Shown: positions 13,130-27,436, counted from the stretch's first letter. The stretch is DNA of 64,000 nt from Chiloscyllium plagiosum (GCF_004010195.1 NC_057757.1:3106967-3170966), one strand, 5' to 3'. Numbers and translations: made by a program. The notes: generated from the sequence alone by a model not told the origin.

Positions 13130-13665
13130 GTCATAGAATCATACAGTATGGAAACAGACCCTTCTGTCCAACCCAGTTCATGTCGACCATAATCCCAAAC
13201 TAAACTAGTCCCACCTGCCTGCTCCTGACCCATATCCCTCCAAACCTTTCCTAGTCATGGACGAATCCAAATGACTTTTAAACATTGTAACTGTATCCCC
13301 ATCCACCACTTCCTCAAGAAATTCATTCCACACACGAACCACTCTCTCTGTAAAAATGTTGCCCCTCCTGTCATTGTTAAATCTTTCTCCTCTCACCATA
13401 AAAATACACCCCCAAGTCTTGATAGCCCCCACTTTAGGGAAAAGACTCTTGCCATTTTCCTTGTCTATGCCACTCATGGTTTTATAAACCTCAATGTGGT
13501 CACCCACCAACCTCCTAGGCTTCAAATAGAAGAAGTCCCAGTCTATCCAGCCTCTCCTTATAACCCCATTCTTGGTAACATCCTCATAAATCGTTTTTGC
13601 ACCTTTTCCAGTTTAATACCATTCTTCCTACAGCAGGTTGACTAGAATTGTATGCAATGTTCCAC
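13130..13665 (-). mobile_element. CR1 LINE 3' end
   Basis: GDHIEVYKTMSGID...FTERVVRVWNE. Confidence 0.85.
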
Positions 13666-13671
13666 ATTTAG

Positions 13672-14640
13672 AATTGGAATTAGAATCCTTACCACGTGGA
13701 AACAGGCCATTCGGCCCAACAAGTGCATACCGACCCTCCGAAGAGTAATTCGCCCAGACCCATTCCGCTACATTTACCCCTGAGTCATTCACCTAACCTG
13801 CACATCCCTGGACACTATGGGACAATGTAGCACGGCCAATCCACCCTAATCTGCACATCCCTGGACACTATGGGACAATGTAGCACGGCCAGTCCACCCG
13901 AACCTGCACATCCCTGGGCACTATGGGACAATGTAGCACGGCCAATCCACCCTAATCTGCACATCCCTGGGCACTATGGGACAATGTAGCACGGCCAGTC
14001 CACCCGAACCTGCACATCCCTGGGCACTATGGGACAATTTAGCACGGCCAATCCACCCTAATCTGCACATCCCTGGACACTATGGGACAACTTAGCATGG
14101 CCAATCCACCCTAACCTGCACATCCCTGGACACTATGGGACAATTTAGCACAGCGTATCCACCCTAACCTGCACATCCCTGGACACTATGGGACAATTTA
14201 GCACGGCCAATGCACCCTAACCTGCACATCCCTGGGCACTATGGGACAATTTAGCATGGCCAATCCACCCTAACCTGCACATCCCTGGACACAATGGGAC
14301 AATTTAGCATGGCCAGTCCACCCTAACCTGAACATCCCTGGGCACTATGGGACAATTTAGCACGGCCAATCCACCCTAGCCTGCATATCCCTGGACACAA
14401 TGGGACAATTTAGCACGGCCAATCCGCCCTAACCTGCACATCCCTGGGTACCATAGGACAATTAAGCATGGCCAACCCACCCTGACCTGCACATCTTTTG
14501 GACTGTGGGAGGAAACTGGAGCTCCCTGAGGAAACCAATGCAGTCACGGGGGAGAATGCGCAAACTCCACACAGACAGTCGCCCGAGGCTGGAATTGAAC
14601 CTGAGTCCCTGGTGCTGGGAGGCAGCTAACCCCATGCCTC
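13672..14640 (-). mobile_element. V-SINE with a ~13-copy 53-bp internal tandem array (13795-14495)
   Basis: Unit cacatccctggacactatgggacaatttagcacggccaatccaccctaacctg at period 53, lying between SINE tail and head. Confidence 0.9.
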
Positions 14641-15194
14641 CCCCCCAACCCTCGTCACTACTCCCACACATGGTCTTGACTTATATACGCCACCTCTCTT
14701 GCAATGGAGGTCAACACTTGCTTTCTTAATTTGTTGCCTGTTAAATGTGATTAATGTACAAAGATGCTCTGCACAGCAGCACTCTCTAAATGTTACATAT
14801 CAATTGCAACATGTAAAACCAATATCACCACTGCTGAGAGTGCCTACAGCAACCCTTGCTGACCCATCTCGGTGGACAAATATGCCCACTCCAATTTCGA
14901 AATTGCAATGCCCGCAGGCAAATCATTTCCAGTGTAGCCAAAGGAATAACCTCAAAAGCTTTTCTAATTGGTTTCTGAGGTGAAGTCCGTACAATCGCTG
15001 TGTTACCTATCAGCTGGAGTGTATTGCATATCACTGACTTGAAAATTGTATATTGTAAATAAAGTGCAACTCATGCAGAGGGTGAGTGTTGCGTTAGATT
15101 GAAGACTGGACTGAAGTGTCTGCTATCCACATTCTGTGCCTGTGACAACAAATACTTTAGTCATGTTTGTGCCTGACCTGGTTTTGATCCTGTT

Positions 15195-16750
15195 GTAGAG
15201 CAGAGAGACCTTGGAGTTCAGGTACATAATTCTTCAAAATTTACATCACAAAAAGGCAGGGTGGTTAAGAAGGCATTTGGCACACTTACCTTCATTGCCC
15301 AGGCCTTTGAGTACAGGAGTTGGGGTGTCATGTTGAGGTTGTACAGGACATTAGTGAGGCCTCCTCTGGAGCACTGTGTCCAGTTCTGGTCTCCCTGTTA
15401 TAGGAAGGATATGATTAAACTGGAGAGGGTTCAGAAGAGATTTACCAGGATGTTGCTGGGTATGGAAGGTTTGAGTTATAAGGAGAGGCTGGGACTGTTT
15501 TCCCTGGAGTGTTGGAGGTTGAAAGGTGACCTTATAAAGGTTTTTAAAATCATGAGGGGTATTGAAAAGGGAGCTGTCTTTTCCCTAGGGTGGGGGTACA
15601 AGAATAAAGGGCACATTTAAAGGTGAGAGGAGAAAGATTTTAAAAAGACACAAGGTACAACTTTTTTTACACAGAGAGTGGTTCGTGTGTGGAATGAACT
15701 TCCTGAGGAAGTGAAGGATGTGGGTACAGTTGCAAAATTTAAAAGACATTTGGGTAAGTCCATAAAGAGGAAAGGTTTGGAGAGATATGGGCCAGGAGCA
15801 GGCAGGTGGGACTAGTTTAGTTTGGGATTATGGTCGGCATGGACTGGTTGGACTGTAGGGTCTGTTTCTGTGCTGTATGACTCTATAATAACAGGAAATA
15901 TATCTGGAAAGGATATCAGAAAAAGATAGACATTCTGGGACTCTATTCTCTTGAAAAGGGAAGGCTGAGGGGTGATTAAGTGTCAAAGGTATTGTGGCTG
16001 AAAAAACATCCAAGGAGCAGGAGAATTGATGTTTTGGGCAAAAGCCCTTCATCAGGAAGGGCTCTCCCAGGGGTGAGTGAATGTCAGGAAAACAATGGAA
16101 GATTTTTCAGAGATCAGAGACAGGGGGAACATCTCTTGCTGCAGTTATACAGGGCCTTGGTGAGGCCACACCATGAGTATTGTGTGCAGGTTTGGTCTCC
16201 TAGTCAGAGGAAGGACATTCTTGCAATTAAGGGAATTGAGTGAAGGTTCACTGGACTGATTCCCGAGATTTCCCAGGATGTTGCCGAGTATGGAGGGTTT
16301 GAGTTATAAGGAGAGGCTGGATAGAGCGGGACATTTTTCACTCGCGTCAGAGGTTGAGGGGTGACCATATAGAGGTTTATAAAATCATGAAAAGCATGAA
16401 TAAGATGAATGATAGGTGTCTTTTCCTAGGGTGGGGGAGTTCGAGACCGGGGTGGGGGGATGGGGGGGCTGGCATATTTTTAAGGTGAGAGGAGAAAGAT
16501 TTTAAAAAGATATGAGGGGTAGTTATTTTACACAGAGAGTGGTTCGTGTGTGGAATGACCTTCCAGAGAGAGTAATGGATGTGGCTACAGTTACAATGTT
16601 TAAAAGACATTTGGGTAAGTCCATGAATGGGAAAGGTTCGGAGGGATATGGGATAGGAGCAGGCAGGTGGGACTAGTTTAGTTTGGGATTACGGTCGGCA
16701 TGGATTGATTGGATTGTACAGTCTGTTTCCGTGCTGTAGGACTGTATAAC
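15195..16750 (+). mobile_element. Composite of CR1 3' fragments and a PLE terminus; largely an inverted copy of 4611-5470
   Basis: ORFs 4828-5052(+) and 15828-16052(-) differ at 1 of 74 aa; CR1 motifs on both sides. Confidence 0.85.
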
Positions 16751-16818
16751 TGATGAAGGTTTTATGACTGAGCTGTACATTCTGGAGTGTAAGTGTGAAC
16801 ATGCCTGTGATTCTCTGA

Positions 16819-17508
<690 letters not shown>

Positions 17509-18379
17509 TGTGCCAAAGAGGCAGGAGAGGGGCTTCAGGAAGTCGCTGCACAGCGCCACCCACTGGCCAGAGCCTGGGACTACACTGTTACTGTTTACAT
17601 ACAAAGGTTCCCATTTACACAGAGGAGGGTGGGACTTTCCTCTCCTCGGAAGTGGGCAGAGGAGGAAATACTTGGGCGGGTTGCCCCTGGTGAGTTTATT
17701 GCCACAAAATTCGAGATGAAAAGCTTCAATTGACCCCCGTGCCCCCCCAACCAATTGTAAGACCCTTAAAAGTGGTCAATCAATGGCCAGTTGAAAGGCC
17801 CTATCTCGCCACCTCCTGTACCAATTGCCCCCATTCCTAGTGGGAAAGGAAGACTGGGGAACTATGGTGACCTTCCTGAGTGTTTGGTGAGGCCTCCAAA
17901 TACCCCATCCCAGGGGGTAATCGCAGGCACAGATGACGGACGAGGCTGTAACCTTGGGAAGTAAACCCCTGCTCTTACCCCCGATGTCCCTGGCCCCGTG
18001 TCTCTCATCGAGAGAAAAAGAAACATTCCACATCCAGCCATGGGTCCCAACTCGGCAAGTGGTAGGTACCAGGAAGATTCTGTTCAATAGAACAGGGTAT
18101 CACAACCATTTCCCTACCCAGACCCCTCATCCATCTTAAAAAAAAATCATAGGCTACTGTAATACCATTGAAGTGTGTTCTTTTCTGAAGATGGTTAGTT
18201 CATGTGCACAAATGCTCAATCGTTTTACATTTTAGTTGATGTGAAACTTAGTGCTGTTGAAGAGTGAGTGCCAAAACATTAAGGTAGTCTTGACTAACGT
18301 ATGCAAAAAAAAAGTGAAACAGAATAACCAAAAGGTCAACCAATCTAAGAAGAGAGCAAATCTGGGAGGGAAAATCAGC

Positions 18380-18858
18380 AGCGTGGTTAAGGAGGCATTT
18401 GCTGTACTTGCCTTCATCACTCAGCCCTTTGAATATAGGAGTTGGGGTGTCGTGTTGAGCTTGTACAGGAACTTGGTGAGGCCTCTTCTGGAGCACTGTG
18501 TCCAGTTCTGGCCGCCCTGTTATAGGAAGGATATTATTAAGCTGCAGAAGGTTCAGAAGGGATTTACCAGGATGTTGCCGGGAATGGAAGGTTTGAGATA
18601 TAAGGAGAGGCTGGAGCATAGGAGGTTGGAGGGTGACTTTATAGAGATTTATAAAACCATGAGGGGCACAGATAAAGGGAATGGCAGGTGGGGCATTTCA
18701 ACACTAGGGAGCATATGTTTAGGGTGAGATGCGCTAGATTTAAAAAAAGACATGAGGTGCAACGTTTTTACACAGAGTGTGGTTTGTGGCTGCAATGGAC
18801 TTCCTGAGGAAGAGGTGGATGCAGGGACAGTTACAACATTTAAAAGACATTTGGATAA
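18380..18858 (+). mobile_element. CR1 LINE 3' fragment
   Basis: VVKEAFAVLAFITQPFEYRSW...LVRPLLEHCVQFW. Confidence 0.85.
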
Positions 18859-19545
18859 GTGCTGAGGGAATGATGCAGCACTGGGAGAGTGATGCAGTGC
18901 TGAGGAGTGAGGCAGTGCTGAGGGAGTAGGCAGTGCTGTGGGAGTGATGCAGTGCTGAGGGAGAGATGCAGTGCTGAGGGAGTGATGCAGTGCTGAAAGG
19001 AGTGATGCAGTGCTGAGGGAGAGATGCAGTGCTGGGGGAGTGATGCAGTGCTGAGGGGGTGAGGCAGTGCTGAGGGAGAGATGCAGTGCTGAGGGAGTGA
19101 TGCAGTGCTGAGGGAGAGATGCAGTGCTGAGGGGGTGAGGCAGTGCTGAGGGAGTGATGCAGTGCTGAAGGAGAGATGCAGTGCTGAGGGAGTGATGCAG
19201 TGTTGAGGGAGTGATGCAGTGCTGAGGGAGAGATGCAGTGCTGAGGGGGTGAGGCAGTGCTGAGGGAGTGATGCAGTGCTGAAGGAGAGATGCAGTGCTG
19301 AGGGAGAGATGCAGTGCTGAGGGAGTGATGCAGTGCTGAGGGAGAGATGCAGTGCTGAGGGGGTGAGGCAGTGCTGAGGGAGTGATGCAGTGCTGAAGGA
19401 GTGATGCAGTGCTGAGGGAGTGATGCAGTGCTGAGGGAGAGATGCAGTGCTGAGGAGGTGAGGCAGTGCTGAGGGAGTAATGCAGTGCTGGGAAGTGATG
19501 CAGTGCTGGGGGAGTAATGCAGTGTAGAGGGAGTGATGCAGTGCA
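18858..19545. repeat. 19-bp minisatellite (gcagtgctgagggagtgat)n, ~36 copies
   Basis: Direct reading; it produces the repetitive minus-strand ORFs. Confidence 0.95.
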
Positions 19546-20378
19546 ATGCCTAGTGAGTGCAATGGTTAAACTGATCTGCCCCCACAATGTTGACTTTTCT
19601 CTCCAGTAGGTATTTGATGAGGCACTACTTATATTAGCTTCTATAACATCAGAAGCAGAGAAGGAGTAACAAAGTATGGAAAGATTTTTCTTCCAGCTCC
19701 TGGTATGTTTCCGTAGTACCGTCAGTGGCACTGTCGTTCCTGGGCGATCTACTATCTGTTGCAAACAGTAGCACAATCCAACAGCATGCCACGCTTTCAG
19801 AGGCCCCGGTTAAGATGGAGTCTGAGATCCTCCTCTCCTCATGTCACACATTATTGTACAGTGAGGATATCACAATTATCTCAGAGGTGTACCACTTACT
19901 TGCTTTGAGCCAGTTTGACTTTGGCTGTGCCATCTGTAGGAGGAGCTGTATGTTTGATGTCTTTTAACTACATTGTAAGGAGGAACCACGATGTGCCACC
20001 ATCAGATGGGCCGAAGGGCTGTCTTTTTTTCTACACTTACCTGATTGTCTTTCTCCTGCAGACCAATCCATCGAGCCCTCGCAATCTGTGACGGCCGTGT
20101 GCAAGTGCAATATCGAGGGAACACCTGGAAATAATACTTCCACTCCAGATGGGACAACCTCGATGATTTGCAAACCAAGACCCACTCAAGATTTGAACCT
20201 CGTGTTCACCTCTGGGGTTCATTCCAGATATTCAGAGAAGCCATTTTGTTTCACAATGCTCCACCTTTCACCTCTGGTCGCCAATCTTGGTTCACCACTA
20301 TCTTTGCTGTTTTTGTTCATACAGCATTTGTCACTGGATATTTCGCCCCTGCCTTCTATCTAATGACCTTGTACAAAA

Positions 20379-20964
20379 TGTTATGGACCAGGCCAGACCC
20401 TCTCAAACTATTTAGGTTGCCTGGACCCTAACTTTTTCTTATTTGAAGGAAAATATGAAGTGTCTTTCCCAAATGCGATGGTCAAATTCCTTGATGTTAA
20501 CTAAAGTGCAATTTATTTAAACATTGTGGTTAAAATACAGAAAAAAAGAGAAATTTAGAATAACTTAACTCTATTGGAAAGCTTAACCAAATAGTAGATA
20601 CAGTGCCCATTATTAATTAACAGTTCCAATACAATAACATCCCATAAGTACACCCCTTGGCAGAAAGGCAAATTCAGACAGAGATTCTCACATGCAGTTT
20701 TCCAATCCAGGAGGAAAGAGGATATCAAGAGAAAAATTCAGAGAGCAGCTCAGAGACATTCACTGAAGCTTCTAACTGTTTTCAGACCCCAATATTTTCT
20801 GATGTGACCCAGAAATCCTGATCTGTCAGAGCTAGCCACATGCATTCAGACTTCATTAAAATGAGCTATTTACCATACCCCAGACAGTTCGGCACCTCTG
20901 CCTTTTAAACTCTCTTCAAAAACACCAGGACATAATAACCTCCCAATGCCACTGCATCATCACA
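20379..20964 (-). mobile_element. Solo LTR, family 2
   Basis: TG...CA ends; both ends are reverse-complement homologous to 30585-31212. Confidence 0.65.
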
Positions 20965-21544
20965 AGTATCTTCTTCTTTACAGCTGTGTTTAAATCGAGA
21001 GACTCCTGGATGGTGTCCATATGACGCAGGAACAGAATATGGCCATTTGACCCATCGAATCCGTTCCGTCATTCAATGAGATGATGTGGATTGGAGGATA
21101 ATGGGTTGAGGATAAATTATAACAGAAGGTGACAGATGTGATGCAGGGGTTAGAAGCAGGCTAAAGAGTTGGAATTAGCTTTGTTGTCACAGGTACCCAA
21201 ATGAGTACAAAGAAACGTACAGTGAAGTGAGGGGAGAGTAATTCTGCAAAGATGAATGACCTATAACGAGGAGAATCCTCCCGAGGCGCGTCATTCTATC
21301 CACTTTCCTGAAGGCCTCCCAAGTCTGGATAATAAATAAAGATCTGTGGGAGCAAATAGAGGTCTTTGAATCACAGATGCTAAGTCTTTGCTGCATATTC
21401 CTTATGCAGACCATGCAACAATGGAAAAGGTACTTGAAATTGCAAAAGAGGAAAAAAATCTGAAGCAGCAGCATGCAGAGAAGAGAATGCCAGAATTTCA
21501 GCGGTTCGATCAGAACCGTAAACCTACAGACCTACCTCCTGGAG

Positions 21545-22247
21545 GGAACTTCGGGTGCAGATTCATAGTTCCTTGAGAGTGGAGTTGCAGATAGACAGGA
21601 TAGTGAAGAAAGCATTTGGTATGCTTGCCTTCATAGGTCAGTGCATTGAGTACAGGAGTTGGGAGGTCATGCTGCGGTTGTACAGGATATTGGTGAGGCC
21701 ACTTTTGGAGAAATACCTCACACAATTCTGGTCTCCCTGCTGTAGGAAGGATGTTGTGAAACTTGAAAGGGTTCAGAAAAGATTTACAAGGATTTTGCTG
21801 GGATTGGAGGATTAGAGGCTTGAATAGGCTGGTGCTGTTTTCCCTGGAGCATCGATGGCTAAGGGGTGACCATACAGAGGTTTATAAAATCATGAGGGGC
21901 ATGGATAGGGTGAATAGACAAAATCTTCTTCCCCAGGGTTAGGGAAGTCCAGAACTAGAGGGCATAGGGTTAAGATGAGAGGGAAGGATTTAAAAGGGAC
22001 CTAAGGGACAAATCTTTCAAACAGAGGGTGGTGCATGTATGGAATGAGCTGCCAGAGGAAGTGGTGGAGGCTGGTACAATTGCAACATTTAAAAGGCATC
22101 TGGATGGGTATATGAATAGGAAGGGTTTAGAGGGATATAGGCCAAAAGCTGGCAAATGGGACGAGATTAGTTTAGGATACCTGGTTGGCATGGACAGGTT
22201 GGACTGAAGGGCCTGTTTCTGTGTCGTACACCTCTCTGACTCTATGA
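21545..22247 (+). mobile_element. CR1/HER1 LINE 3' end
   Basis: IVKKAFGMLAFIGQCIEYRSWEVML...; 3' UTR ending gactctatgac. Confidence 0.9.
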
Positions 22248-24139
22248 CACGGTCTGCAAATAGTTGGACATCCCTGTGGTACTCCTACAGCCTTCCACTC
22301 AAACTAATTATCCTGTCTCTTCTGTTTCCTATCTGCTAAACACAATTTCCCTTTCGTAACTCCAGGCTGGCTTTGTCTAATCCCTATGGTATTTTTCAGT
22401 GTCCTGTCATCACCTCCTCTATAATACAGTAATTTTCCCTTCAGCTTGTGTTCGGCTAACCAGTCTCTGATTCTGATTTATTCACTGTCTCCTTTTTCAA
22501 GCAGTATACAGTAAATTTGTCACCCTCCAGTTTCCCAAGACTGTTTCAGAACATACAGAATTCTGTTGATGACAGCCAATGTATCCAATATTTTCATGGC
22601 CACTTTTTCCTTTCGTACCCTAGGATGTAGATTATCAGGCCAGGCAATTGATCAGCTATCAGTCCCCTTAATTTCTCCAGCACCTATCTTGCTTTTAATA
22701 GTACTACTTTTCTCCTTTCCTAAAGGTGTGTGCTTCAAGAAATTCCTTTTGTTGGCAGACAGCGAGTCCCTGTGAATGAATGCATGTCGCTTCAAGTTTA
22801 GTGTCAACAGATGACATTATGAGCTCAACTCGTTAGCTTAAATCGGTGGTTGGTATAGCTTGGGATTCTTCATCAAGTGTTGCCTTGGGAACCTGTAGTT
22901 CCCTGGTTTATTTTCCATGGGAATAACTTGGCCAATCAGGATCAACTTGCCAACCAATCAGCACACCTTTCTCCAGCAATACAATTTGTCTTGCTCATTT
23001 GAAATTTGGCATTCTTGAGTTGTGTCCTGACAAGTACCAGGACGAAAAGCATTTGCATAATGCTTCTCTATATAATCGCACAGAAAATTAGATAGCGAGG
23101 TGTCAGGACAGATTTTGTCAAGGAGAAATATTTGATCAGCAGGTGAGAAAGGGTTATAGAGAAGGGGTCAGGTGCTAAAGTCCAATTGATCGCTGGCACA
23201 GTTGCTGATGGTGTGGAGGAGAAACTGATTCAAACTGGAGGAACACAGAATAATTGGAGAGCTGCAGAAAGTTAAGAAAGGCTGACGTCATGGAGGGTTT
23301 TGAACACAAGAATGTGAATTCTTAAATCTTGGGTGTTTCTAGAGTGGTAACCAATACTTTCTCGTTAATCTTAAATTGAAGACTGAAGTTTGCCAACTTC
23401 AAATGTAAATATTAGCTTGTGATGTGATATGTCCCTGTGTCCCTTCCTTTTTTTGTATTCTTGACAGTAATAATTTAAATAAACTTGTGGAAAGTGGTTT
23501 ATCTTGTCTAAAGTTGTTTTGAAAAATATATTGAAAACTAGTTATGCAGGGGCACATGACGAATCCAAGTTTATTTATCCAGGAGACAGCAACAGAGTGG
23601 CAAAATCCTGCAGAAATTAACTACATGATGCCACCTAATGCCTAAAGGCTGTAGTTGCACTGTTACAGTTGACAGGGCAAAATTGGGTGGGAGTCATTGA
23701 CAGAGGAAGTCACAACAGGAGAAATGCGATCCAGGATCACGGGAGAGCAGAATCGAGCGTAGTTGGAGAGGGAAAGACAGACTGGAGATGGGATTTAATG
23801 GGAGTGGTGGCAGTGAGGCTAAACGATGGAACAAGCACAAAAATGTTCCCAGAAATAGAATAAATGCAACAAAATCAAACCGAGACATCACAGGAGAGAG
23901 CAGTGATGTAACTGATGGGTATTCTTTGCATCTCCTGACTTAAGCTGCGACTCTGAACAGTGTAAAAAACTTTCCAGAGATAATTAATAGAACTTCAACT
24001 CAAGGTTTGCTCATCCTTTCGAGCTAAAGGGTCTGAGTTTGGTCTGATGAGCAAACAGAAGACTTTTCTGACCTATGCTTATGGAGAAATAAGGGTAAAA
24101 TAAAAGCAAGAGCACATTTTCTGTTTAGTGAAGATAAGA

Positions 24140-24570
24140 TTGAGGAGCCCAGGCCCGGAAATTGCAAGATGTGGGAAATCTGACATTCACCTGGTGGTCT
24201 GGATGACCTGGGGCACAGGAGGTATCTCCACGTGGAGAAACTCAAGCTCTGGGGTTTGGAGTTTGAGGGTGCAGCCACACATTCAGAACGCACGTCCAGC
24301 TTTCAGGAAGCACAGGAGGAAGAGGGATTAGGTGGCCACCAGAAAGAAGAAAGGGACCAGACAGGCAGTGATGGGAAGGCCAGATCTCACTCACAAATCG
24401 TTTCTCAGGCCTTGAAAAATGGTGAAAGTGATGGTTCCTCTGTGGAGGCCAGGCAGAGCTCACTCAAGGAAGGATGTGCAACAGTAATAAAGGCGGGCAA
24501 TTCATTCGCAAGAGGAGGAGGCAGACTCGTTTGCAACCGTAGATGCGACTGAAGATGGCATGTTGCTTGG
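24140..24570 (+). mobile_element. Degenerate CR1 ORF1 (esterase-like) remnant
   Basis: TVIKAGNSFARGGGRLVCNRRCD resembles the CR1 ORF1 SGNH start (VVIGDSIVRG..RRFC). Confidence 0.4.
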
Positions 24571-24571
24571 C

Positions 24572-24964
24572 ATCATAGAATCCTTACAGTGCAGGTAGAG
24601 GCCATTCAGTCCATTGAGCCTGCACCAATCCTCCGAAGATCATCAATCCTGGATTTCCCATGGCTAAACCCCCTAACCTGCACATCCCTGGGCACTATGG
24701 GACAATTTAGCACGGCCAATCCACCCTAACCTGTACATCCGTGGACACAATGGGAAAATTTGGCTTGGCCAATCCATCTGAAAGTGCACATCCCTGGGCA
24801 CTATGGGACAATTGAGCACTGCCAGCACAACTGACATTGTTTGAATGTGGGAGAAAACCAGAGCACACAGAAAACATGCAAACTCCACACACCCGAGGGG
24901 GAAACCAAACTGGGTCCCTGGCACTGTGAGGCAGCAATGCTAACCACTGAGCCACAGTGCTGCC
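24572..24964 (-). mobile_element. V-SINE with ~3 internal repeats
   Basis: Head, V-domain and tail visible. Confidence 0.8.
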
Positions 24965-26677
24965 AAGTGTAGTGTGAGGTGCATTAGGGAGCGCCGACAA
25001 GTTCTACTCCCATCATTTAGAAGCACGTCTTCATCCCACATTGGATGCTCGGTTTTGACTTACTCTTGTACTGGTGGCTTATGGAGTGGACAGTCCCTGG
25101 TCAGTCACTCGCATCAATTACAAAGGCACCCATTTGAATTCCCGATCAGTGAGTCATCTCTCTGGGTGAGCTTCCTAATGCACTCACCTCCTGAGTGACT
25201 GGGAAAGGTGAGTGACTGTTTTCTTTTTGAGTGGTCTCAATCAGCTAAGTCGTGATTGCTGATGAGTTGCCAGAGGGATTCACAAAAAGGGCAGTAGTCA
25301 AAATGCAGGCTTGTTGCTTTTTGATTGCACCATGTATTGGTGAACATGCAAATTAGGAGCAGGAGTAGGCCATTCGACCCTTCAAGCCTGTTTCTTCGTC
25401 AGGGGGCTCTGATGTGATGGTGACCTCAGTTCTGGCCTCCTTCCTGCTATTAGGCAAAAGTAAGGACTGCAGATGCTGGAAACCAGAGTTTAGATCAGAG
25501 TGGTGCTGAAAATGCACAGCAGGTCAGGCAGCATCTGAGGAGCAGGAAAATTGACATTTAGGGCAAAAGCCCTCCTTTCTTACTATTGTTTCCTTTGTGA
25601 GCCATGAATCTGTCTACTTCAGTCATAAAAATGCCCTTCCCTCCCTTCTGGCATAAATCATTCTAAAGAGTCATGACCCTGTTCGACAAAAACACAGCTA
25701 CCCCTCATTCTAGTCTTCTCTTTTGAGAACATCCACCCTGTTCATAATCCTTTAAGATCGCACACATTTCACAAGGCCACTGCTCATTTGTATTGCAACA
25801 CATAATACCCAGAAGGAATATGGAATCATGGTTTCATTTTAATTCCTGGCTATAATCAGTGGCAAATGTGTCTTCAGATATTCCCTAATCAGGGGCACTT
25901 TATTGCAAAGAAATATCAAGTATTTGGCTGCATGGGATGACTAGATGATGCTAATATAATCCCGATTCCCCATTTTCCTCATCTCCTGAACTACATCGTT
26001 TTCCTTTTAGTTTTTCCCATCTATTGCTCTGCCTTCTTGTCCCATTGGGATGGAACTGCTTGCTGGTGTGCTACTGAGTGTCAATGGAAGAGGGCCTATC
26101 CCAGAATGCATTGGGATTATGAAAGGCCTCTATTGAAAAACTGAGGCAGTGAGAAGGGGAGACAGAGGTTTTCAGGGTGAGATCCTCACTCAATTAAGAA
26201 GAATTGGTATCATTGCAGGGGTTTAAAACCCCTCAATCCATACCTTCTCACCCTCTCTCCTCCCCCAAGGCACGGTGACCCTTAGGTTAAACCCATATCT
26301 GTCGTCTCTCTCTTAATGACAGTGCAGCCCTATCATTCTCTGAGACTAGGTCTGTACCAGTATGACACAAAATACTCCAGCTGTGCCCTAACCAGCATTC
26401 TGTACAGTTCCAGCTTAACATATACCATGCCTTAGCTAAAGAGGACAAGCACCTTCTAGGCCTTCCAAAGCCCTTAGCTACCTGCCCTGCTATCTTCAGG
26501 ATCTATATATATGCACGGCAAGGTCACTCTGATCTCTATACTTTACAAGGTCCTACTATTCAGAGTGTAATACCTTGCCTTGCTAGTCCTCCCTACCTTT
26601 CCAAATTGAATTCCATTTACCACTAGTCTGACCTTTTGAGATCCTCCAATTTACAGTGACCATCCTACTTACCACCT

Positions 26678-26980
26678 TAAAATCCCTACGGTGTGGACAC
26701 AGGCCATTCAGCCCATTGGTTCACACCAACCCTTCTGAATGGCATCCCATCCAGATTCACCCCCTACCCTATCCCTGTAACCCTGCATTTCCCACGAACA
26801 ATCCACCCGAACCTGCAGATCTTTGGACTGTGGGAGGAAACCGGAGTTCCTGGAGCAGACCCACGCAGACATGGGGAGAACATGCAAACTCCACACAGAC
26901 AGTCGCCCAAGGGTGGGATCGAATCTGGGTCCATGGCAGAAGTGAGGCAGAAGTGCTAACCACTGAGCCACCGTGCTGTC
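26678..26980 (-). mobile_element. V-SINE
   Basis: Full head, V-domain and tail. Confidence 0.85.
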
Positions 26981-27436
26981 CAATTATACGGAAAACAGTC
27001 TCAGAGTTGTTCAAGGAGGAGGGATTAGTGAGTTCACACACATACAATAAAAGACTGTGAGCGCTGGAAATTAATGCTGAAACCTAAAATCAGACATTGC
27101 TGGGAAAACTCAGTAGGTCTGGCAGCATTTGTGGAGAATAAGCAAAGCTAATGCTTCGGGTCTAGTGAGTTCTGAAGAAGGATGACTGGACCAGGAGCTA
27201 AAGCCCTCCTATATCTCTGCAGCCACCTCTTTATCCCCTCCATCCTTCTATTGTTAAACTCACTACTGTGTAGCACTGGGAGCAATCCAGAGATTAAAAC
27301 CTTTGAAACCCTGCTTTTCAATTCCCTCCCTCACTCCCTAAAGACTGTTTGCATTTCTCTTTCGTGCTACAGCATTGGTCCCAAAAAAGACTGTTCGCCC
27401 TCCCCCTTCATTCCAAGACATCTTTGACCATTGGCA

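Noticed and set aside
18649..19776. 375-, 268- and 240-aa minus-strand ORFs
   Set aside because: They are produced by the 19-bp minisatellite plus antisense CR1; no domain is recognisable.
23025..23050. Hammerhead-like ctgacaagtaccaggacgaaa
   Set aside because: The core is mutated (CUGACAA) and stems are poor; at most a decayed copy.
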